Shown: positions 1 to 8,942, counted from the first letter of the stretch. The stretch is 64,000 bases of DNA from an uncultured Gemmatimonadales bacterium (GCA_963809895.1 CAWELD010000003.1:1-64000); one strand, 5' to 3'. Translations and numbers: made by a program. Notes: a model not told the origin generated them from the letters alone.

Positions 1-1091
1 GGGAGAGCTTCCGCCGCACCGCGGAGACGGCCGGCGCGGCACGGGAGGAGACCCTTGCCGCCGCCCGGCTCTCCGTCGCCCTGGGCACGGTCAACGGGCT
101 CACCCGTACAGCCGGAAACCTGCTCCTGACCTACATCGGGTGGCGGATGATCCTCGGAGGCGGCCTCACGCTGGGGAGCTTCATCGCCTTCACGGCTTAT
201 CTCGGCCGGGTGCGGGGACCGCTGGCGAGCATCAGTTCGCTCTTCAGCGACTTTCAGCGTACGGCCATTACGCTGGACAGGGTGTTCGAGCTTCTCGATG
301 AGCCACCCGAGGCGGAGCCCACGCTCCTCTATGATCCGGCGTACGCGCCCGCGCCGGTCCAGTTCGACGGTTCCATCCGGGTGGAGAACCTGCGCTTCCA
401 GTATCGGAGCGATGGCTTCGCCGTGGAGATTCCCGACCTGGACTTTTCGCCGGGATCGGTGACCGCCCTGGTCGGAGAGAGCGGCTCGGGAAAGTCCACA
501 CTCCTGCGGCTGCTCGCGGGCCTCGAGTGCCCGACCAGCGGCGCGATCCGGTATGGACGCCATGCTCATGACACCCTCCCACTGCCGTCGATTCGCCGGA
601 CGGTGGCGGTGGCATGGCAGGACGCGGACCTGCTTCGGGGCTCGCTGAGAAGCAACATCGCCTACGGCGTCGATCAGGTCAGCGAGCAGCGCCTGCGAGA
701 CGTCATTCGGGTGTGCCAGCTCGACACGTTGGTGGACGATCTCCCGGATGGACTCGACACGCCGGTGGCGGAGTGGGGCGCGACGCTCTCGGGTGGCCAG
801 CAGCAGCGGCTGTCGCTCGCTCGGGCTCTCATTCGAGAGACCCCGGTGCTCCTGCTCGACGAGATCACCTCGAACCTCGACAGCGACACGGAAGCGGCGC
901 TCTTGGATGACCTGATGCCCTTCGTCCGCGGGACGACCGTGATCGTCGCCACCCATCGGGGTGCGCTGCTCCGCCACGTCGACCGCGTGGTGAAGATCGC
1001 GAGTGGTCGGCTGGCGTTGGTGGAGGACGGCGATCGTGCCGTGCTCCGAGCGGGCCCCCCGGATGCCCTCTCGTCGGCGGTGGGATCGTGA
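1..1091 (+). CDS. ABC exporter, fused TMD+NBD (5' end outside window); likely peptide exporter
   Basis: Frame open from position 3; TM segment (GGLTLGSFIAFTAYL), Walker A GESGSGKS, signature LSGGQ, Walker B LLLDE, H-loop ATHR; stop overlaps next start (GTGA). Confidence 0.93.
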   Translation, partial: ESFRRTAETAGAAREETLAAARLSVALGTVNGLTRTAGNLLLTYIGWRMILGGGLTLGSFIAFTAYLGRVRGPLASISSLFSDFQRTAITLDRVFELLDEPPEAEPTLLYDPAYAPAPVQFDGSIRVENLRFQYRSDGFAVEIPDLDFSPGSVTALVGESGSGKSTLLRLLAGLECPTSGAIRYGRHAHDTLPLPSIRRTVAVAWQDADLLRGSLRSNIAYGVDQVSEQRLRDVIRVCQLDTLVDDLPDGLDTPVAEWGATLSGGQQQRLSLARALIRETPVLLLDEITSNLDSDTEAALLDDLMPFVRGTTVIVATHRGALLRHVDRVVKIASGRLALVEDGDRAVLRAGPPDALSSAVGS

Positions 1092-1894
1092 TCGGCCCGC
1101 TGACCCCCACGGGCCGGCGGCTCGTCGCTGAGGGGGACCGCCGGGAGGTCCGTCTGCCGGAGCTCGGCCGGGAGCCGGGCCGTGGCCTGCCGCTGCCGAG
1201 GTCTCTGCTCCTGGGTGCGTTGATCCTTCTGGCTATCACACTCGTCGCGGCGGCCATGATCCTGCCAAGGGCGATGGTCCCAATGCGGGCATCCGGGACA
1301 GGATGGGTGGAGCCCGCGCGAACCGCGGTCATCCGGGCTCCTGAGGCCAGTGTCGTGACGCAGGTGTTGGTGGCAGCCGGAGCGACAGTGTCCGTGGGAC
1401 AGCCGTTGGTGCGCTTGGAGGTGTCGCCGAACGCCGAGGATCGGCGTGAGGTCGTCCTTCGGGCGCCCAGTTCCGGGGTGGTCCAGGCGAGCGATCCGAG
1501 GGCGCTGGCAGCTCTAGCCGGTCGTTCTCTCATGCGTGACGAGTTGATCATTCAGCTCGTGGATCCGTCGGTCTGGGAGGTCCACTTCTTCGTGCCTGCG
1601 CTGGCCGTTCGACAGATCGGGCTCGGTGATACGGTCCGCGTGGAGATCGAGGCTCTCCAGGGCCTCGTCGACGATGCCCTGCGCGCCGAGGTGACCGGGG
1701 TGGGGACCCGGCCGTCGGCCGCTCCTGAACGCGAGGGCCTCTTCGAGGTGGTGGCCGCCCTCGATCTATCGTCTGACCCGCAAGTTGGGCAGGTGCTGCG
1801 AACAGGCTTCGATGCGCAGGTGGAGCTGGTGACCGGACGTATCTCCCTCGCCGGTCAACTCAGGCGGTGGGTACATCAGAGGTTCGGTCCATGA
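1088..1894 (+). CDS. HlyD/membrane-fusion-type adaptor lacking the coiled-coil hairpin
   Basis: Single N-terminal TM, lipoyl half motifs VIRAPEASVV..V..G..V..GQPLVRL and VLRAPSSGVV, C-terminal LRTGFDAQVELVTG; coupled to the ABC gene. Confidence 0.8.
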   Translation: MIGPLTPTGRRLVAEGDRREVRLPELGREPGRGLPLPRSLLLGALILLAITLVAAAMILPRAMVPMRASGTGWVEPARTAVIRAPEASVVTQVLVAAGATVSVGQPLVRLEVSPNAEDRREVVLRAPSSGVVQASDPRALAALAGRSLMRDELIIQLVDPSVWEVHFFVPALAVRQIGLGDTVRVEIEALQGLVDDALRAEVTGVGTRPSAAPEREGLFEVVAALDLSSDPQVGQVLRTGFDAQVELVTGRISLAGQLRRWVHQRFGP

Positions 1895-2640
1895 CGCGAG
1901 AGGAGCTGCGCGACCGGCTGCGGGCTGCCGCAGGACACGGCGTACGCGTGGCCGTGGTCGACAGCGGGTGGGAGGGCGGGATCGTGGACCCTCGCGTGGC
2001 CCCGGTCGTGGAACCGGGATCGCCAAGTCACCGAACGGGGGGAGATGAGAATGGCCATGGCACCGCCTGCGCGCTGCGCGTGCTGCAGGTCGCGCCGGCA
2101 GCCTCCATCGTGCCTGTGCGCGTGTTCCAACGGGTGCTGGAGACCTCCGTGTCGCGGCTGTGCGAGGGCATTGTCGCAGCCCGCGATTGCGGCGTGCAGA
2201 TCATCAACCTGAGCCTCGCGACACACCGGTCCGACGCCATTCGACCGCTCTACCGCGTCTGTGAGGAGACGCGGCGCATGGGTATCGTGATCGTGGCGTC
2301 CGCCCACAACCGAGGCGGACGCGCCGTGCCGGCCTACCTGGAGCCCGTCCTCTCGGTCGAGTCCGGCCCGCAGACCGAGTTCCTGGATTTCACGTACGAG
2401 CCGGAGGCCGCCATCGAATGCACCGCCGCCGCGCATGGTGTTCCGACTACGGGTCCAGACGGGCAGGCGGTGCGAAGGTCTGGTACCAGCATCGCAGCCG
2501 CCACCCTTTCGGGGATCGTGGCCCGTCTGCTGGAGATCGAACCCGGCGGTCTCGACCACGTGCGTCGGCTGCTGGCACTGACCTCCAGTTCCAACCCGGG
2601 AGACCTGGCTGCCGCTCGCGACATGGGGGGTGCGCCGTGA
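1891..2640 (+). CDS. Small S8 (subtilisin-like) serine peptidase, no signal or propeptide; candidate leader peptidase
   Basis: Catalytic motifs VAVVDSG, NGHGTACA, INLSL, ASAHN, SGTSIAA; ATGA overlap with upstream gene. Confidence 0.9.
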   Translation: MTREELRDRLRAAAGHGVRVAVVDSGWEGGIVDPRVAPVVEPGSPSHRTGGDENGHGTACALRVLQVAPAASIVPVRVFQRVLETSVSRLCEGIVAARDCGVQIINLSLATHRSDAIRPLYRVCEETRRMGIVIVASAHNRGGRAVPAYLEPVLSVESGPQTEFLDFTYEPEAAIECTAAAHGVPTTGPDGQAVRRSGTSIAAATLSGIVARLLEIEPGGLDHVRRLLALTSSSNPGDLAAARDMGGAP

Positions 2641-3875
2641 GCATGGCCGAACTGAGGCGGCCGTTGCTCTTGCTGCTATGCGGGAGCCTTTTCGGCTGTG
2701 ACGCATCCGCCCCTGCCGACAGTGATTCCAGCAGGGGCTACGCGGACTGGACAGCGACAGAGGAACTCCGCCTTGGCTCCCTGGACGACTCCGTGTACAG
2801 CTTCGCACCGATCGGGGCCGTCGCCGTGGGACCAGACCGGACCATGTACACGGCGCATCCCCAGGAGCGGCTCATCCGACGATGGTCCGTGGACGGAGCA
2901 CCAGACGGCACGATCGGTGGCAGGGGCCAGGGCCCCGGCGAGTTTGCGAGTATCGGCGCCATCGGCTTCACCGGCGACAGCCTCTGGGCCATGGATCTCC
3001 AGGGCCAGCGCGTCACGTACTTCGATCTCACCGGCACCGTGCTCGGGACCACGCCTCTGGAGATCGACACGCGCGCCCAACTTCAGGACCTCAATGCGGG
3101 ACGCCCCTACCCCCTGAGTGTCCTACCGGACGGCACGTTCTACGGCAGGCAGGCCGGGCTCATCCCGCAGATCGCCGGCACGGACTCCACGCGGATCCTG
3201 CATCTCCACCTCGACGCGACCTCGGCCATCCTGGACACGCTCTTCGTTCAGGTGGTGCACCGACGGGACGCCCTGGCGGTGCAGTCCCCCACGAGCGGTG
3301 GGTGGCTCATGGGCGCGCAGCCCTACGCGGACGCACCTGTCGCGTCGGCGGAGCCGTCGCTGCAGGCCCTGCTCGTCGCCGAGCGGCCGAGCTACACCGG
3401 CAACGGGACGCCCACGTTCCGGGTCACGCGCATCTCCATGTCCGGCGACACCGTGTTCCACCGGACGCTGCCGTACGACGCCGAGGCCCTGCCCGCCGAG
3501 ATCGTCGACCGTGTCATCGCGGGGATGGTGAACCGATGGGAGGCTCAAGAATCGGACGGTGAGCCTGCGTCGGCAGCGGCACTGACCCGATTGGCGAGGG
3601 ACGCCCTGTATGCGCCGGCCTGGTATCCCCCCTTCTCGGCGGTGGTGCTCGGGCGCGACGGCACCATCTGGCTCCGGGGCGCCCACGCCACCGGCGGACG
3701 CATCATCTGGACCGTTCTGGACGCGGAGGGCCATCCGGCTGGCCGAGTAGACCTGCCGGCGAGCCTCCGGGTCCTTGTCGCCACGCGCGACCGCGTGTGG
3801 GGCGTGCAGTCTGACCGGCTGGGTGTGTCCTACCTGTCTCGGTTCAGCGTTGGACCCGAGGCCACCGACCCATAG
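2637..3875 (+). CDS. 6-bladed beta-propeller lipoprotein
   Basis: Lipobox-like LLLLCGSLFGC; IGGRGQGPGEF motif; C-terminal DGTIW..WTVLD..G..GRV.LP; GTGA overlap with S8 gene. Confidence 0.8.
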   Translation: MSMAELRRPLLLLLCGSLFGCDASAPADSDSSRGYADWTATEELRLGSLDDSVYSFAPIGAVAVGPDRTMYTAHPQERLIRRWSVDGAPDGTIGGRGQGPGEFASIGAIGFTGDSLWAMDLQGQRVTYFDLTGTVLGTTPLEIDTRAQLQDLNAGRPYPLSVLPDGTFYGRQAGLIPQIAGTDSTRILHLHLDATSAILDTLFVQVVHRRDALAVQSPTSGGWLMGAQPYADAPVASAEPSLQALLVAERPSYTGNGTPTFRVTRISMSGDTVFHRTLPYDAEALPAEIVDRVIAGMVNRWEAQESDGEPASAAALTRLARDALYAPAWYPPFSAVVLGRDGTIWLRGAHATGGRIIWTVLDAEGHPAGRVDLPASLRVLVATRDRVWGVQSDRLGVSYLSRFSVGPEATDP

Positions 3876-3919
3876 CGCGTAGTCTGCGGCAGAGAATCCC
3901 GAACGAGTGGAGGCTGGAA

Positions 3920-5171
3920 TTGGACCGTCCCATCGAGATCCGGCACGACGGGCACACGCGCCAGGTGCCGCGCGACAAGGTGTACTTCTCCTTTGGCGAC
4001 GGTCGGCTGAGCTACGATTGCCGGAACTGCCAGATGAATTGCTGCCGCCGGGGCTTCGGCTACTGGCTCAACACGGAAGAAGAGCGTCTTGTCCAACTCG
4101 AGCAGCGGCCGCACGCTCGGTTCTTCACCGAGCCGGGACCTCTGCCAGGCTACGAGAAGATGCACAATCAGCCACCGGCGTGTTTCTTCCTGACCGACGA
4201 CGGGCTCTGCGGCATCCATGTCAAACACGGTGCTACCGCAAAGCCTCTGACGTGCAGCTTGTTCCCCTTCAACCGCTTTCTGCTGGCGGACGATCACCTG
4301 ATCGTTGGGCCCAAGGCTGGACTCTGTCCATTGGAGATCATGCCGTCGGACGAGCGGAGTGCACTCTCCAAGCACGACGAGATCTTCGCCGTGATGGCCG
4401 AGCGGGGACTGGACCGCAGGGTCGTGGAGGGCAGGGGATTGCTCCCTGACGTGGGGCCTCTCGTCGACCTGGAGCGCCGGATTGTTCTGCTATCAGAGGA
4501 GTTTCTGGTTTCCGACACGCCGCTGCTGGACTTCATCGATCAACAGATTGCCATGGGCCGGACGGTGCAGGAGGCCGCCACCACTGGCCACGACGCGGGA
4601 GCCCGTCCTCGCCGCACGCGACCTTCTGCGGCATGCCGCCGAGGTCCTCGGTGTCGATCGGAAGGACGTCGAGAGCTTTGACCCCGATGTCCGGCGGGCC
4701 GTCGTGGCGCTGACACCGGCGGTCCGCTCAGCGCTCGTCTTCTACGCTCTGGCAGGCCCGAAGGCCTGGCAGGGAGGCCTGATCTCGCTGGACCGCGTTC
4801 CAGGCGCCATTCTGGCCGTAGCTGTTCTCGGCCAACTGGCGAAGCTGGCCGGCATGTCCTCGGTCACGGTGCAGACGCTCTGGTCTTTCTTCAAGGAATA
4901 CCGAGCTCTGGTCTGGGCCATTGCGCACCTGGACAGTATTCCCGCGTGGAAGCTCGATCTTGCCGAAGACCCTGTCTTCGTAAGGACGCAGCGCGCCACC
5001 GAGGGCGGATTCGGTGACGTCGCCACGACGATCCTCCCATCCCGCCAGCAGCGCAATCCCACGACCCTCCTCGAGGCGCTCCGCTCTGCCGGTCGGTCGG
5101 CCAGCCACGACCAACGGACCAGGCTGGCCAAGCTGGCGAGCAAGCGCATGTATGGGAAGGTGACCGTGTGA
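3920..5171 (+). CDS. YkgJ/FliB-like cysteine-cluster (CxxCxxxCC) protein, split by one +1 frameshift near 4572-4585
   Basis: CRNCQMNCC and CFFLTDDGLCGIH..KPLTCSLFPF motifs; GGAGG RBS before TTG; ORFs 3920-4681 and 4482-5171 join into one ~415-aa frame by removing one base. Confidence 0.78.
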
Positions 5172-5696
5172 ACGCCCGTGGAGCCAATCGGACCATCAGC
5201 CCTGCCTTGAGGTCAGGCGGGTCGGCGATGATTTGCGGTTTCCGCTCAGTCCCAATCCTGTCGACATCTCTCGTGCAACAGCGAGGAGTGCAAGACCGAG
5301 TGATGTCTCATCTGGATCCCTTCGACCTCTGTCCGGCATCCGTGCTGCAGGAGGTTTCAGAGGGGATGCCCCTGCATTGGGTTGTGATACCATGGCCGGG
5401 GTCGCAGGCAATGGTGCGGGAGACTCGGGCTAGAGGGTCACAGTGGTCGAGCCCTCGGCCTACCTGGGACGGAGGGGCCCGGTCTTGTTGATCACTCTAT
5501 TTGCTGCCGTTGTCGGCCTGCCCCCTGCGCTCCCAGCCCCTGATACGCTGGGTGCCGTTCTGAGAGTGAAGGAGGTGAGGGGCTTCGTGCTTCGACGTTG
5601 CTACCAGTTGCTACCAGCGGCTCCCGTGCCGCTCGCGCAACGCTGCGGATCGCACTCCGTTAGGGTTCGCGGTCACTCCCAAGGGTCTAGGCGCGC

Positions 5697-6227
5697 GTGC
5701 CGGGGGCACCGCCCAGGACCCGCGCGATCTCCCACCAGGGTCCAGTCCTCGCCGGACCTTGGGACCTTGTTGGGACTCGGGCTGTCAGCCGGTCGGCCGT
5801 ACTGGACGAGACCCCCATCCGTCTTGCCGCGAACTCGCGAGCCAGCCCGTGGATCGAGGTGACTCGATGCAGCGACACGACCTGGCTGCTGTTCCCTGAC
5901 GAGCGGGGCATGTGGCACGCCCGTCGTTTGACCAGCGAGGTCCAAGCCCTGCTCGCGTGCTGCGAGACGCCCACCCCACCATGGGCGATCACCGCAACTA
6001 TTGCCGCCGCCAGCAACACGGACCCAGAGGAGATCGGCCCTTGGGTGCGTGAGCAACTGGACGCACTTACGCAGGCCGGAGTTCTCATCTCGGAACGACT
6101 CGCGGATGCTCTGCCTGCGGCGGCCTGGGCCGAATCATGGAGCGGTGATGGCAACCGCGATTCGCGAGTGGGTCGGTCGTTGGATACGGGGCCGGCACTG
6201 CCCTCCAATAGCGGGCCGTTCTGGTGA
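5697..6227 (+). CDS. Putative PqqD/RRE-like (winged-helix) peptide-binding protein; start uncertain
   Basis: Strand-like WLLFPDERGMWHARRL followed by helix pattern EVQALLACC-ETP-WAITATIAA-PEEIGPWVREQLDALTQAGVL; sits directly before the precursor gene. Confidence 0.5.
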   Translation: MPGAPPRTRAISHQGPVLAGPWDLVGTRAVSRSAVLDETPIRLAANSRASPWIEVTRCSDTTWLLFPDERGMWHARRLTSEVQALLACCETPTPPWAITATIAAASNTDPEEIGPWVREQLDALTQAGVLISERLADALPAAAWAESWSGDGNRDSRVGRSLDTGPALPSNSGPFW

Positions 6228-6480
6228 CCCATCGATCCAAGACGTGAGACTCTACTGCGACGCGCTCTGGCCGGTGCCGCCGGGAACCGCAACCTTCGCT
6301 CAACCCTCATCTTCTCGATGTCACACTTTGCCGCCCGCCTGCATCGGTTCCCCGCGGATCGCTGCATTTTGCCGGTGTCGGTCTGCTGGCCTGAGGGCCA
6401 CTATGCTCACAGGGCATGCATGAATGCAGCTTCAGTCGCCCGCGCGACCGATCTACGGGATCCGACAGGGAGAAACGAGG

Positions 6481-6798
6481 ATGAAGAAGATCCGCTTGGA
6501 CTTGGAGTCGCTGAAGGTCGAGTCCTTTGTTACGAATCGTCCCTCTGGCGCTAGGGAAGGCACCGTCTATGGGATGGGGGCGAATACGTATTGTGACTGG
6601 ACCTGCAACGAAGTAACCCCAAGCTGTAACGGGGATCCGGGATGCATCTCCGATGTCGACGACACCTGCGACTGGACCTACCCCCAGGCTACTACGTGTA
6701 CGTCTCCATATGGGACCACGACGGGGGGCGAGACGGAGGACTGGACTTGCGAGCCTTGCGCTGCTTCATGCAATAGCGAGGGTTGTAAGACGGATTGA
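6481..6798 (+). CDS. RiPP precursor peptide (105 aa): pinensin-family-like leader plus Cys/Thr/Asp-rich core
   Basis: Leader MKKIRLDLESLKVESF...EGTVYG; 74-aa core with 10 Cys, 19 Ser/Thr, 13 Asp/Glu; purine-rich RBS (GGGAGAAACGAGG) directly upstream. Confidence 0.88.
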   Translation: MKKIRLDLESLKVESFVTNRPSGAREGTVYGMGANTYCDWTCNEVTPSCNGDPGCISDVDDTCDWTYPQATTCTSPYGTTTGGETEDWTCEPCAASCNSEGCKTD

Positions 6799-6941
6799 TG
6801 CTCGCGTCGGTGCCGACTGCCCGAGATGCCTTGAGTTGCGGACCAGCTTCCGCTGGCGCATAACGGGGCCGGCCATTGCTCGGGTGTCGGTGTTGCGGAT
6901 GGTAGGGCTCGTGCAATTCCCCTTGGTCCCGGCGGCGTAAC

Positions 6942-8705
6942 GTGCTGGTTTCGAACTTGTTGACGCTTCTTGCGGCGTTAGGGAGCCAGCACGCCGTGAC
7001 GACGGATACGTTGGGTTCAGTTCGCCGGGTGAGCGAGGCGCTTAACGACTACTATTACGAGACCGTGGTGGATCCGCCGGGTAAACGGCATCTCCTGACC
7101 TCTCGTGACGCGGCGGGGGCGAGGCTCGGATGGATCTGCAGCCCCGACACTGGGGTTGGCTCGTGTACGGGGGGGGATTGGGTGCGGGGGAAGTGCCCAG
7201 CCGATGTCCGCTGTCATCCGCCGAATGATGAGCTCCTCGATGTTCTGGCGAGGTCCGCTGCGGAGAGTCCTGGGTCGGGGTTTGTCACCGGACAGGCCGT
7301 CTTCGCCTTTGCTCGATTTGGGCAACACTTGAAGGCCATGGGCGTTGCCGAGAGCTGCGAGGCGGCCGCCTGGTGGTGTGACGCGCTTAGGGGCCATGTC
7401 TACCGAGCCGTTGAGCGGGTCCAGGACGCAGAGGCGAGCTTCCGGCGCTCATTGTCGGTGGCTCCTGACTCCATCATCTGCCGCTTCAGCGATGCGACGT
7501 GGCTATTCGGATCGTGGTCTTCCCGGGCGCACCCCGTCGATCCGCCGGAGGCGTGGACGGAGTGGTCCGAGCAGCCGTGTGCGGTCCGGGCAGCGGTGTC
7601 CGACACGATCTGGTGGCTGGCTGACCCGCTGTACGTCGTGGAAGGCAATGATCGATGGGAGGAGCAGGTCGACCGAAGTCTGGCGGCCCGGTGGCGTCTC
7701 GAAGCCTCCATTGACGTCACGCTTCGGCCGGAGGTGCCGCTGCCTTGGCGAAACACGTATTGGGCGCGAGTGATTCGTCGAGGGCCTTGGGACTCGTTCG
7801 AGTACCTCAAAGTGGCGAGGGCCAACGGCATTTCCGCCCTCCTCTGGACCAGCAAGAAGGCCGCCCGCTACCACTTCGTGCCGGACTTCGAAGGCGAGGG
7901 CTTCTCGCACCCGACCTGGCGCCTCGAAGCCGACTTCGACGACGAGGGCTACACGCCGCCCTATGCGGCGTTCTACGCCCTCCCGATCCAGATCGCCCGC
8001 TTCCGCAAGCCCGACTCCACGGAGGACGCCTCCGCGTCTGGCACCATGCGCGTGGCCACCGCGAGCAGCGCTCTGGGCACGCCCATCGAAGCTGCGGTGG
8101 ACTCCGCCCACCTCATTCTCACCGACGCACCCGGCAGCTTCCCCCTGCACCTGGAGGCGCCTTTCCACGAGGGTAAGACGGTCTACTTGGCCGAGACCCC
8201 GCCGAAGCGGTACGTGACGAGCCTCGAGGTACTGACCCCGGCCGGCATCGGCTGGCACCGGGAGATGCTGGAGCCCATGGAGCTGAATGGCCCGGGGCTC
8301 TCGGACATCCTGCTCTACGAGCCGCTGGGCTTCGCCACGCCCGACTCATTGCTCGCGGCGACCTCGATGATGCTGGGCACGACAGAGCTCGAAGACGTGC
8401 CGGAAGTGGGGCTCTACTGGGAGGTGTACGGCGCGGAGGCGCAGCAGCCGCTGCAGTTCCAGCTCCGGCTGGAGCGAGAGGGCGGTGGCTTCCTGGACAA
8501 GCTGCAACGGCTGCTGCCGGGGGGTCCAGAGGAAGCAACAGGTACGGTGATATGGAACGAGACGGCGACGGGTCCGGTATCGGCGAACTCCATCGTGCTG
8601 GACCTCAGGACGCTCGATTCTGGGAGCTACACGCTGGTGCTGCGGGCCCGGTGGGAGGGGCAGGATGCGCCGGTGGAGAGCCGGCGTAGACTCCTGATCC
8701 GGTAG
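6942..8705 (+). CDS. Secreted hypothetical protein with Cys-rich/TPR-like N-half and Ig-like C-terminus
   Basis: 587-aa ORF with signal-like N-terminus; motifs WWCDALRGHV, WWLADPLY, GLSDILL, GLYWEVYG, LDSGSYTLVL. Confidence 0.7.
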   Translation: MLVSNLLTLLAALGSQHAVTTDTLGSVRRVSEALNDYYYETVVDPPGKRHLLTSRDAAGARLGWICSPDTGVGSCTGGDWVRGKCPADVRCHPPNDELLDVLARSAAESPGSGFVTGQAVFAFARFGQHLKAMGVAESCEAAAWWCDALRGHVYRAVERVQDAEASFRRSLSVAPDSIICRFSDATWLFGSWSSRAHPVDPPEAWTEWSEQPCAVRAAVSDTIWWLADPLYVVEGNDRWEEQVDRSLAARWRLEASIDVTLRPEVPLPWRNTYWARVIRRGPWDSFEYLKVARANGISALLWTSKKAARYHFVPDFEGEGFSHPTWRLEADFDDEGYTPPYAAFYALPIQIARFRKPDSTEDASASGTMRVATASSALGTPIEAAVDSAHLILTDAPGSFPLHLEAPFHEGKTVYLAETPPKRYVTSLEVLTPAGIGWHREMLEPMELNGPGLSDILLYEPLGFATPDSLLAATSMMLGTTELEDVPEVGLYWEVYGAEAQQPLQFQLRLEREGGGFLDKLQRLLPGGPEEATGTVIWNETATGPVSANSIVLDLRTLDSGSYTLVLRARWEGQDAPVESRRRLLIR

Positions 8706-8898
8706 AGGCCCCGAAGCGACGACGATCCTCCTGTCCCGCCAGCAGATGCCTTCGGCTCCAGGGAGGGTGTTCCCCCGCGCCGACAGTGTCACAGCCAGTG
8801 CCCACACCCACCGCTGACGGCCACCGCCTGCCCCCGGCGAGGGCTCAAGAAATCACGTAGTCAAGGGCTTTTCCGCAGCGGACCGCCGCGCTTCAGAC

Positions 8899-8942
8899 GC
8901 TTTGCAAGCAGGAGGTCACGGGTTCGAATCCCGTTGGCTCCA
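8899..8942 (+). mobile_element. Displaced 3' half of tRNA-Ala(TGC); putative att site at the end of an integrated island
   Basis: GC-TTTGCAA-GCAGG-AGGTC-ACGGGTTCGAATCCCGT-TGGCTCCA gives anticodon loop, T-arm and 3' acceptor strand; no matching 5' acceptor or D-arm upstream. Confidence 0.85.

Noticed and set aside
5168..6420. Remnant of a LanB/LanC/LanM or radical SAM maturase
   Set aside because: No CHG/WCxG, CxxxCxxC or kinase motifs in the frames provided; segment is too short
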